Below are positions 1 through 10,389 of a DNA stretch of 64,000 nucleotides, piece after piece. The stretch spans positions 3,040,001 through 3,104,000 of the forward strand of contig CM075998.1 in NCBI GenBank assembly GCA_038087875.1, read 5' to 3'. A program made the position numbers and the translations under genes. Position 1 is the stretch's first letter. The number at the start of each line of letters is the position of its first letter. Under the pieces are notes generated by a model. That model made no database searches. It was not told where the DNA came from and was given only the letters and a program-made list of their open reading frames with translations. The DNA comes from Malacoraja senta (taxonomy: Eukaryota).

Positions 1-192
1 TAGGTGGGGACGGAGAGAGAGAGGGGAAAGCAAGGGCGACTTGGAGTTAGAGAAGTCAATATTGGGATGTAAGCTGCCCAAGCAAAACATGAGGTGCTGT
101 TCCTCCAATTTGCGCTGGGCCTCACTTTGACAGTGGAGGAGGCCCAGGACAGAAAGGTCAGATTGGGAATGGGAATGGGAAGGGGAGTTAAG
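1..192 (-). mobile_element. Penelope-like element fragment (C-terminal GIY-YIG region)
   Basis: Minus strand translates as NSPSHSHSQSDLSVLGLLHCQSEAQRKLEEQHLMFCLGSLHPN; recognised from family knowledge, not from a search. Confidence 0.65.
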
Positions 193-1662
193 TTGTTTGG
201 CAAACTTCATGTTACAGGTTAAAAAATTAAAAAAAACATATTTAATGAAGGAAAGAAAACCTTGCCATTTGGCATCTCGGAAAGTCAGTCCAAAACAAAA
301 CGCACAAATACCTCAAACAATTGTGGTTAAGTCATCTGGTTCAGCAATCTGTACAAATTATCTTGATCAACTTAAAAATACCATACAATTAGTTATATTG
401 TTATTTGCTTTTGAAGTGCATGCGCCTTCCCCCCCACCTTATGATACAGAATGGCTTTATGAAACAGTACCTCCGTGCCAATATCAAGTCGTTTCAGTAG
501 GTGGGTACGGGCTGCTAATCGCGTGGTGCGGGCGAGGCACTTCGCTCCCCCCTTATCTCACCCACTCGGAATGAGCTTGGGCAGCCATTGTATTCAATTT
601 GTTGACAATGAGAGATTAGCAATGGCTCCCAGAGGGGAAAGCTTTTCACAGCAGCCTTTGCCCCGAGGGACCAAGCTGGGATTGTAATGCAGGACAAACG
701 TCACGTCACACCGATCACATGGCCAGGGCATAGTTTAACCCCGTGGCGATTTTATCTTATTCAGCCAGCCAGTAAAACGTGATTGAAGGTACATACTCGG
801 AGTGGGAATCGCAGTCTCTTTTCTCAGTGACTGCAGGAGGCATTTATAGAAAGCTAGTCTTTAAATAAACGATAGCACTACCAGCGCCCATAAAGCATTT
901 TTGTTTCGTTTATTTTAGAAATACAGTGCAGAAACAGGCCCTTCGGCCCACCGAGTCCGCACCGACCAGCAATCCCTGCACATTAACATTCACCTACTCA
1001 CAATTGTGGGACAATTTTACATTTATACCAAGCCAATTAACCTACAATAGACACCAAAAGCTGGAGACACTCAGCAGGATGGGCAGCATCGCGGGAGAGA
1101 AGGAATGGGTGAGATTTTGGGTCGAGACCCTTCTTCAGATTACAACCTACAAACCTGTATGTCTTTGGTTGCAATAACCACAGCCATAACTAATGGCAGC
1201 AATCTTACTAATAATAGAGGGCAGTCCAGAATCCGTAACTGAAGACCAGATCTGGGTGCCAAACCAACAGCAAAATAATTGGAAAAGGAACATTAGAAGA
1301 CATTGTGTCGGAAGGAACTGCAGATGCTGGTTTACACAGTAGACACAGAATGTTGCAGTAACTCAGCGGGACAGGCGGCAGCATCTCTTGAGAGAAGGAA
1401 TGGGTGATGTTTTGGGTCGAGATCCTTCTTCAGATTGAGAGGCTGAAATCTCAGTCTGAAGAAGGGTCTCGACCCAAAACTCCAGAGATGCTGCCTGTCC
1501 TGCTGAGTTACTCCAGCATTTTGTGTCTGCATGAATCTACATGGACAGGAGAGGGAGATAGTGTGCAGTTCCACAGAGTTACAGCTGTCCCTTAACTCAC
1601 CATGTAACCATGCAGCTGTCGTTGGTGGCCCATTCCACAAAGCGAGCAGAAAATGTTACAAG

Positions 1663-1898
1663 GTAGACAAAAGTGCTGGAGAAACTCAGCGGGTGCAGCA
1701 GCATCTATGGAGCGAAGGAAATAGGCAACGTTTCAGGACAAAACCCTTGGGTTTCGGCCCGAAACGTTGCCTATTTCCCAAGGTTTCGTCCCGAAACGTT
1801 GCCCATTTCCTTCGCTCCATAGATGCTGCTGCACCCGCTGAGTTGCTCCAGCACTTTTGTCTACCTTCGATTTTCCAGCATCTGCAGTTCGTTCTTAA
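1663..1898. mobile_element. Same hairpin element family
   Basis: Inverted arms; 15-bp TSD AGAAAATGTTACAAG at 1648 and 1899. Confidence 0.85.
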
Positions 1899-2134
1899 AG
1901 AAAATGTTACAAGTCTTGAGCAGGTCCAAAGTGGGCATTTAAGCAAGAATATTTTTTAAAAAGAGTGCAGGAAATGAGGCGACAGTGTTTCGGGAATGTT
2001 AAATAGGAGGTTCCCAACAGAACGAGAGATCACTTAACCCCTGTGTCAACTACAACCAAGATGTCCGCCAGCCTAGCCTTGTCAAGCGTGTGATTTACTC
2101 GGAACACCGTTGCATTTGTACAGGTAGCACTCAC

Positions 2135-2296
2135 CAAAAGCATGGAGAAGCTCGGCTTGGATTGCCCTGGTGAACTTTTTGACCAGGCACATTGCAGTTA
2201 GGCCAGCGAAAAGCATGTTGTAGAGGAAGATGATGTAAAAGTTTCCCAGCCAGTCAAACCTGCCAAAGTTCCCCAACAAGTCAAAGTTTGTGATTC
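2135..2296 (-). CDS. LMBR1L: LMBR1L exon 16 (GITNFDLLGNFGRFDWLGNFYIIFLYNMLFAGLTAMCLVKKFTRAIQAELLHAF), 162 nt
   Basis: ttttag acceptor and GTGAGT donor; FDLLG-FGRF-WLGNFY motif; overlaps ORF 2082..2279. Confidence 0.96.
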
Positions 2297-2438
2297 CTAA
2301 AACACAGACAAAAAAAAAACACTTTTATTGAGGACTGCAATAATCCACAATGTTAGAATTTTGCAATTCAACGCTCAACATAACACCTGCGAGGATATTC
2401 AGAAGTGCTGTATGCATTGTTATCTCAGGTCATTTAAT

Positions 2439-2574
2439 GGGGTGGGAGATTGCAACCTTCACGTGGTCCACCCTGTTTCGACGAATGCAATCAACCCGGC
2501 ATGCACAATCAAATAAGATCAAATGGAACAAGTTGTCCTCCAACTTTAGGCTGTGTACGCCATACGCAAGAAGA
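2439..2574 (+). mobile_element. ~135-bp retroposon, copy 1
   Basis: GGGGTGGGAGATTGCAACC...CATACGCAAGAAG; TSD AGGTCATTTAAT. Confidence 0.85.
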
Positions 2575-2985
2575 AGGTCATTTAATAAGAGCAGACAAAA
2601 GTGCTGGAGAAACTCAGCAGGTGTGGCAGCATCTATGGAGCGAAGGAAGATGCTGCAGCACTTTTGTCTGCCTTTGATTTTCCAGCATCTGCAGTTCCTT
2701 CTTGAACATTTAATAAGAGCAGTTCAGTGGAGGGGGGGGGGGGGGGGGGGGGAGGAGTATTAAAGTGATCCCCTACTGCATAAAATACTCCAATTAAGCC
2801 ACACCCACTCCCGAGTCAGAAACAAGGTAGATACTATACTTCAGCAGCTCTTTTCTTTTAAACCCAGCCATAATATTTAGGTGATTTAAAGGAAATTTAA
2901 GATGAGCTCTCTACTCAGGATGCATTCTTCAGCAGGTATAGATCGTATTATAGCAGCGTGATCAAGCAAGTGTAAGCCATGCTAT

Positions 2986-3117
2986 GGGGTGGGAGATTGC
3001 AACCTTCACCCTGTTTCGACGAATGCAATCAACCCGGCGTGCACAATCAAATAAGATCAAATAGAACAAGTTGTCCTACAACTTTAGGCTGTGCACGCCA
3101 TACGCAAGAGGAAGCAA
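2986..3117 (+). mobile_element. ~135-bp retroposon, copy 2
   Basis: Same sequence; TSD CCATGCTAT. Confidence 0.85.
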
Positions 3118-3419
3118 CCATGCTATCGATGGGCAGATCTGATCAGAAGCAGCCTGAATGCACATGATCACTGCGCCCGCTGAGTTACTCTAGCATGTTG
3201 TGTCCATCTTAGACAACTCTGTTCAGTGGTAAAATGACAGATGAGCAGTGGGGGACATTTGAAGTAGAATTTAATGCGACGGTGAACTTGGTTTAGCCAG
3301 TTACCACCCAAGCTATGTGGATAAATCACTCATGAGCAAGCTGTGACCATCACTGAGTGGGGAATGGCTTTCAGAAGGTTTAAAATCCAAATAATGTCCA
3401 CTTTGGGCAGGTTTGGGCA

Positions 3420-3725
3420 GCACAGTGGCGCAGCTATCAGAGCCGCGGCCTCACAGCGCCAGAGACCCAGGTTCGATCCTGACCTCGGGTGTTGTCTATG
3501 TGGAGATTGCACGTTCTCTCTGCCACCGTGTGGGTTTCCTCCAGTTTCCTCCCACATCCCAAAAAACACGTGGGTTTGCAGGTTAATTGCCCTCTGTATA
3601 AATTGCCCAGAGTGTGTAGGGAGCAGATGAGAAAGTGGGATAAGATACTGGTGTGAATGGGTGATGGATGGTGGGCGTGGACTCGGTGGGCAAAGGGCCC
3701 GTTTCCATGCTGTGTCTCTAAACGC
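3420..3725 (+). mobile_element. tRNA-derived SINE (HE1/V-SINE-like), representative copy
   Basis: A-box-like GTGGCGCAGC and B-box GGTTCGATCC; central GGTTTCCTCCCACA; CR1-like tail. Other copies at about 8865-9165, 17320-17615, 20165-20445, 22517-22808, 25100-25392, 29620-29835, 31835-32112, 38565-39040, 45150-45462, 55995-56290 and 56822-57085. Confidence 0.8.
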
Positions 3726-5223
3726 TAAACTCTTCAACAGCAGAGCAAAAACAAGACCAAACAGAGACAAAACACTGAGACAACGCCTCTGCCTCACCAG
3801 GTGATAAAGGCATTGAATTTTTGCATTAGTAATTGTAGTCTAACAATTCTGGTGAGGGAGGGTAGGTTTCAGTTCAAGATTTTTCCAATATTTCTGCATA
3901 TAATACAAGAGAGAAGAGCTTTTTTTTTTTAACACACATGTAGTTAAGAATTGGAAACAGGGCTTCAAGTCCCCGCGAGCTTTGTGGAGTCTGGCGCCAC
4001 CTGCAGGCAACCTCAGACAACTGAAGAAGGGTCTCGACCCGAAACGTCGCCCATTCCTTCTCTCCAGAGATGCTGCCTGTCCCGCTGAGTTACTCCGGCA
4101 CTTTGTATCTATCTTCAGATAACACAACACAGCTCCAAGATGGTGCAAGCCTGCAGTGTCTCCAGGAAAGACACTTTGCTGCAGCAATATAGAAATAAGG
4201 AACTGCAGATGCTGGTCACAGAAAAGAAAGTGATGGAGTAAGTCAGCGGGTTAGGCAGCGTCTCTAGACAACATGGATAGTTGACGTCTCGGGTCCCGAC
4301 AATTGGACTTGCACTTGGATACATAATGACTGCTCTTCATGTCACGTGGTGGCAGTGGTGCTCTGAGATTGAGGTCAATATAAACATATTCTTTCCCCTT
4401 CCCTTCAGAAAGTTCACACACAAAATAAAACCTTGGTACCATACACAAGGTGAAAGCCTGACTTACCACCTCCCTCATTGGAGACCCTCGGACTATCTTA
4501 AATCGGACTTTACCTTGCACTAAACGTTATTCCCTTTATCATGTATCTGTACACTGTGGACGGCTTGAATGTAATCTTTCTGCTGACTGGTTAGCGCGCA
4601 ACAAAAAAGCTTTTCACTGCACCTCGGTACATGTGACAATAAACTCAACTAAGAGCTAGGGTGGCATTGGGGGAAACTGGAGCAATATATTGTATTTGCT
4701 CTCTCGTCTGAACAAGTTGGAATGATCCCACCAATGCTCAAGGGATATGGGGAGAAGGCAGGAACGGGGTACTGATTGGGGACGATCAGCCATGATCACA
4801 ATGAATGGCGGTGCTGGCTCAAAGGGCCGAATGGCCTCCTCCTGCACCTATTTTCTATGTTTTGATGTTTCAATGACAATAGGTGCAGGAGGAGGCCATT
4901 CAATTGAATTGAATTGAATTTTATTTTTGTCATTCGGACTTTTCGTTCAGACCGAAAGGTCTGAATGACAAAAATAAAATTCAATTCAATTCAATTAAAT
5001 TTGGCCCTTCGAGCCAGCACCGCCATTCAATGTGATCATGGCTGATCATCCCCAATCAGTTTCAATGCCTCAACCAAGCTCAAATAAACTGTGCACAAAC
5101 CAGAAAACCGCGTTGAGCCGAATTAGTTTTAATTTTGGACCAGGATGGTTTGTATGATCCGCAAACACTGACCGACTGAAAGTTGAGGCACGCTAGCTTG
5201 CGGAAGCATCTGCAGCGACTTAC

Positions 5224-5290
5224 CGAGTGTCCGGGAGAACACAGGCAGGGCTGAGCTTAGGACGAGCAGCGACACACAGTTCCCTATGAT
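5224..5290 (-). CDS. LMBR1L: LMBR1L exon 15 (IIGNCVSLLVLSSALPVFSRTL), 67 nt
   Basis: TAG acceptor and GTAAGT donor; IIGNCV and LSSALPV motifs. Confidence 0.96.
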
Positions 5291-5458
5291 CTAGATAAAG
5301 CAGATGGTTTCACATATAACAATAATAACAATAAAGGTAAATGGCATCCGTTAAACCAGTGCTTCTTAAACTGGTGAATGGTTCACCCAAGGGTGAATGA
5401 AATTATTTGGGGGGGGAAGGAGCTAATTTATGTTTTTTGCTCATGTTAAATTAAATTA

Positions 5459-7062
5459 CAGTGGCTTGCAAAAGTATTCATACCCCTTGAACTTTTCCAC
5501 ATTTTGTCACGTTACAACCACAAACGTAAATGTATTTTATTAGGATTTTATGTGATAGACCAACACAAAGTGGCGCATAATTGTGAAGTGGAAGGAAAAT
5601 GATACATGGTTTTCAAATTTTTTTACAAATAAAAAACTGGAAAGTGTTGCGTGCAAAAGTATTCAGCCCCCTTTACTCTGATACCCCTAAATAAAATCCA
5701 GTGCAACCAATTGCCTTCAGAAGTCACCTAATTAGTAAATAGAGTCCACTTGTGTTTAATCTAATCTCAGTATAAATACAGCTGTTCTGTGAAGGCCTCA
5801 GAGGTTTGTTAGAGAACATTAGTGAACAAACAGCATCATGAAGCCCAAGGTCAGGTCAGGGATAAAGTTGTGGAGAAGTTTAAAGCAGGGTTAGGTTATA
5901 AAAAAATATCCCAAGCTTTGAACATCTCACAGAGCACTGTTCAATCCATCATCCTAAAATGGAAAGAGTATGGCACAACGGCAAACCTACCAAGACATGG
6001 CCGTCCACCTAAACTGACAGGCCGGGCAAGGAGAGCATTGATCAGAGAAGCAGCCAAGAGGCCCATGGTAACTCTGGAGGAGCTGCAGAGATCCACAGCT
6101 CAGGTTGGAGAATCTGTCCACAGGACAACTATTAGTCGTGCACTCCACAAATCGGGCCTTTATGGTAGAGTAGCAAGAAGAAAGCCATTGTTGAAAAAAA
6201 GCCATAAGAAGTCCCGTTTGCAGTTTGCCACAAGCCATGTGGGGGACACAGCAAACATGTGGAGGAAGGTGCTCTGGTCAGATGAGACCAAAATTGAAGT
6301 TTTTGGCCTAAATGCAAAACGCTATGTGTGGCGGAAACCTAACACTGCACATCACCCTGAACACACCATCCCCACTGTGAAACATGGTGGTGGCAGCATC
6401 ATGCTGTGGGGATGCTTTTCTTCAGCAGGGACAGGGAAGCTGGTCAGAGTTGATGGGAAGATGGAGCCAAATACAGGGCAATCTTGGAAGAAAACCGGTT
6501 AGAGTCTGCAAAAGACATGAGACTGGGGCGGAGGTTCGCCTTCCAGCAGGACAACGACCCTAAACATACAGCCAGAGCTACAATGGAATGGTTTAGATCA
6601 AAGTATATTCATGTGTTAGAATGGCCCAGTCAAAGTCCAGACCTAAATCCAATTGAGAATCTCTGGCAAGACTTGAAAATTGCTGTTCACAGACGCTCTC
6701 CATCCAATCTGACTGAGCTTGAGCTATTTTGCAAAGAAGAATGGGCAGAAATTTCAGTCTCTAGATGTGCAAAGCTGGTAGAGACATACCCCAAAAGACT
6801 TGCAGCTGTAATTGCAGCGAAAGGTGGTTCTACAAAGTATTGACTCAGGGGGGCTGAATACTTTTGCACGCGACACTTTTCAGTTTTTTATTTGTAAAAA
6901 AATTTGAAAAACCATGTATCATTTTCCTTCCACTTCACAATTATGTGCCACATTGTGTTGGTCTATCACATAAAATCCCAATAAAATACATTTTCGTTTG
7001 TGGTTGTAACGTGACAAAATGTGGAAAAGTTCAAGGGGTATGAAAACTTTTGCAAGCCACTG
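5459..7062 (+). mobile_element. Full-length Tc1/mariner DNA transposon (DD34E, IR/DR type), about 1.6 kb
   Basis: TA duplications at 5457-58 and 7063-64; ~210-bp near-identical TIRs starting CAGTGGCTTGCAAAAG, with an inner repeat GTGCAAAAGTATTCAGCCCC; transposase ORF inside. Confidence 0.97.
5838..6843 (+). pseudogene. Tc1 transposase with two frameshifts
   Basis: GRPPKL, WSDE, QQDNDPKH and SPDLNPIE motifs, with 34 residues between the second D and E; the ATG at 5838 is out of frame with the main ORF; second shift near 6460. Confidence 0.9.
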
Positions 7063-8125
7063 TATATATTAAATTATACACAAGGGTGAATAAGACGAAA
7101 ATGACCAAAAAAAGATAAGAACATTTAGTCGAGGGTGAATTTAATTTTGTAATAAAGACTCAAGAGTGAATGACACTCTTGTTTAAGTTTAAGAAGCATT
7201 GCTTTAAACCATCTTAATTGGGATATACCGAGAATGCAGAAGCCAACTTTATTCCCTTTCTCCAGTATCTGTACACTGTGGACGGTGGTGAATCTGTGGA
7301 ATTCATTGCTACAGAAGGCTGTGGAGGCCACAAGTCAGTGGATATTTTTAAGGCAGAGATAGATAGATTCTTGATTAGTACGGGTGTCAGGGGTTATGGG
7401 GAGAAGGCAGGAGAATGGGGTTAGGAGGGTGAGATAGATCAGCCATGATTGAATGGTGGAGTAGACTTGATTGGCTGAATGGCCTAATTCTGCTCCTATC
7501 ACTTATGAACTTTGAATGCAGAGTATCACAGCTCTTAGATTAAAAGTTTCAATGGGGACTGGATTATATAAAACTATAATGACTGCATCCCATTTCATCT
7601 AGTTTGATCATGTCAAATCTTGAAAACTGTCCAGTTTTGATCCCCTCACATAGCACATGGTATTTCAAGCATTAGAAAAAGAGTTCAGAATGGGGCCACT
7701 AGATTATTGATAAAAATTAAAAGCCCTTAATTGCCAGTGCTGACCAAGATATGTGCAGCTTTTAACTTCAGCAAACATACTAAAAATTCAAATGCTATTG
7801 GTCTTTGCCGGATTGCGTATAGAATTCAAACACAATTCTGGCACCAAACTGATGGAGATGCAGAAGGTAAATGATCCCCTCAGTCTCTTGATCACAGTGC
7901 AATCCACTCCCCCAAGCTTGGACAGCGATGTGCTATCAAATAGTTCAGTTACAACTCAAGTCTAATCAACACAAAAGGAGAGACAAGGAACTGCAGTCAC
8001 AGGTTTACAGAAAAAGACACAAAGTGCTGGAGTAACTCAGCAGCTCAGGCAGCATCTCGGGAAAACATGGATAGGCGACGTTTCGGGTTGGGACCCTTCA
8101 TCATACTGAAGAAGGGTTCAGACCT

Positions 8126-8450
8126 GAAATGTCACCTATTCATGTTCTCCACAGATGCTGCCTGACCCGCTGAGTTACTCCAGCACTCTGTGAAACGTCA
8201 CCTATCCATGTTCTCCAGAGATGCTGCCTGACCCGCTGAGTTACTCCAGCACTCTGTGAAACGTCACCTATCCATGTTCTCCACAGATGCTGCCTGACCC
8301 GCTGAGTTCCTCCAGCACTCTGTGAAACGTCACCTATCCATGTTCTCCACAGATGCTGCCTGACCCGCTGAGTTACTCCAGCACTCTGTGAAACGTCACC
8401 TATCCATGTTCTCCACAGATGCTGCCTGACCCGCTGAGTTACTCCAGCAC
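8126..8450 (+). repeat. 66-bp tandem array, 5 units
   Basis: Unit GAAACGTCACCTATCCATGTTCTCCACAGATGCTGCCTGACCCGCTGAGTTACTCCAGCACTCTGT at 8126, 8192, 8258, 8324 and 8390. Confidence 0.95.
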
Positions 8451-8521
8451 TTTGTCTCTTTTCCTAATCAACACACGACTGACGCAGGGGAACGGATTCC
8501 AACAGACAAATGAACACCTAC

Positions 8522-8612
8522 CTTGGTCATGGTGGTGTCCTGCTTCCTCGGGGCAAGTTTGATGAAAAGTGGTGAGCTGTAAAAGCCGACGACTGACGAC
8601 ACCATCAAGTAA
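8522..8612 (-). CDS. LMBR1L: LMBR1L exon 14 (YLMVSSVVGFYSSPLFIKLAPRKQDTTMTK), 91 nt
   Basis: CAG acceptor and GTAGGT donor; YLMVSSVVGFYS motif. Confidence 0.96.
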
Positions 8613-9397
8613 CTGCGTTGAAGTTAAGTGGTAACAATACTCATCGTGACAGACAAGAAGCAACCCAGAGCATTAGATCCGGCCCATTACCATTGATAGC
8701 AACAGCAGATCAGGGTGCTGTATCCTCACCCAAATGAGAAGGGTGGAGGGTTCAAGTTCCATTCCAACATGCAAATGCCCAAAGCTCCATTGTAGGACAG
8801 GAACAGAGATGCCATCTTGCAGATGAAAGATTAACCCAAGCTCCCATCTTCCTTTACTTTAGTGTAGTTTAGAGATGCAGCATGAAAACAGGCCCTTCGG
8901 CCCACGCCACCCGTTCACGCTGGTTCAATGTTATCCCACATTCTCATCCACTCCCTACACACTAGGGGGCAATTTACAGAGGCCAATTAACCTGCAAACC
9001 CGCACGTCTTTGGGATGTGGGAGGAAACCGGAGGACCCGGTGGAAACCGACGAGGTCACGGGGAGAACATGCTAACTCCACACAGACAGACAGAAACCCA
9101 GGTCAGGATCAAACCCGGGTCTCTGGCGTTTTGTGAGGCAGAAGCTCTACCTGCTGTGCCACTGTACCGTCATCTGAGGTGGACAGAAAAGATCCTACGA
9201 CACTACAGTGAAGAACAGGGCAGTTCTCCGGGGCAAACCACCATTGTCCGTTGATGGATTGGCTTGCTTCTCTCCCACCTCACCACAGTGACTACACAAA
9301 CAAAACATTTCATTTCACTGGAAAGTGCTTCGGGGTCCCAAGATTGAAAAACACACTCTGGAAATGAAAGCCCTTTCTTATTGTCTGGAAAGGATAC
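8613..9397 (-). other. LMBR1L: U12-type (minor spliceosome) GT-AG intron 13 of LMBR1L
   Basis: Donor GTATCCTTT; branch point CCACTTAAC at 8631-8623, ending 10 nt before the exon; no extended polypyrimidine tract. Confidence 0.88.
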
Positions 9398-9458
9398 AAA
9401 ATTAGGACAACTTCCACAGCCGCTCCGAGTGAACCGAACATAGAGAGAGAATCTTATC
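9398..9458 (-). CDS. LMBR1L: LMBR1L exon 13 (...SLSMFGSLGAAVEVVLIF), 61 nt as given and out of frame
   Basis: ttccag acceptor; the conserved peptide lies in a shifted frame; U12-type donor GTATCCTTT; length does not fit a phase 0 start and phase 2 end. Confidence 0.85.
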
Positions 9459-10311
9459 CTGGAATAGAAATAAAAGTACTTAGCAACACAGCAGTCACTC
9501 CACGACAGGGCAACTCAATGTTCGACGCACTAATATCCTCCAGCTATGGATGCAGTTGTGTAATTATACTGGTTAGAGACCTACGGTGTAAAAACAGGCC
9601 CTTCGGCCCAACTTGCCCACGCGTCCCATCTATACTAGTCCCACCCCCCTATCAGTCTGAAGAAGGGTTTCGGCCCGAAACGTTGCCTATCTCCATCGCT
9701 CCATAGATGCTGCTGCACCCGCTGAGTTTCTCCAGCAGTTTTGTGTACCACCTGCCTAAGTTGGGTCCCTATCCCTCTAAACCTGTCCTATCCATGGTTT
9801 ACACTGGAGACATTTTTGGCAGGAGCGAAGGAGAAAGGCAACACGGCGAATACCGACATGATGCAGGACAGCAGTCACTGCCAGCAACTGTGGGTGATTC
9901 AGCACAGAGCAGCCAACAAATCCCAAAGTCCATCACCATCACCACACCTATAAATACCAAGCCTCCATTTTGCTCCCTAGTCCAACCAAGATACATCACA
10001 CAGTTGAAAAGAAAAAGTGTGATAACGGTGTAGGTACTTCACTAGCCCCCCCCCCCCCATATTCAGATAGGAAGGGCGATGGGCTACTTCTCCACCTTTG
10101 GTCCTTCTTCAGAACCACAGAGGAGATGGAATCGGTCACGAGGTAGATCTGACATTTGCATTCAAACATTTTATGCTCTCAATTCAGATCCTGGAGCTCC
10201 CTCTGCAGGTCACTAAAACTACTGCAGGACGCCAGACAAAATCCCAGCTCCAGAGGCATCCATTTAGACAGTTTTTACTTTACAGTACATGTTTGGCTTC
10301 ACGTTCTTTAC

Positions 10312-10389
10312 CTGCATTCCTTTGGGCATGGCTGTTTCATCAATGAGTAACTCAAACACATGGAAGCCCACCAGCAGGACTGAGATGCC
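10312..10389 (-). CDS. LMBR1L: LMBR1L exon 12 (GISVLLVGFHVFELLIDETAMPKGMQ), 78 nt
   Basis: tttcag acceptor and GTAAAG donor; ELLIDE-AMP-GMQ motif. Confidence 0.95.

Larger units (their letters stand above)
5357..7201. mobile_element. hAT-type MITE (~240 bp) interrupted by the Tc1
   Basis: 16-bp TIRs CAGTGCTTCTTAAACT / AGTTTAAGAAGCATTG (15/16 match); 8-bp TSD CGTTAAAC / CTTTAAAC. Confidence 0.8.

Noticed and set aside
1..2134. Final LMBR1L coding exon
   Set aside because: No convincing acceptor with a matching C-terminal peptide found; probably outside the window
3420..3490. tRNA genes
   Set aside because: The A/B boxes belong to SINE heads followed by SINE body and tail; no complete cloverleaf
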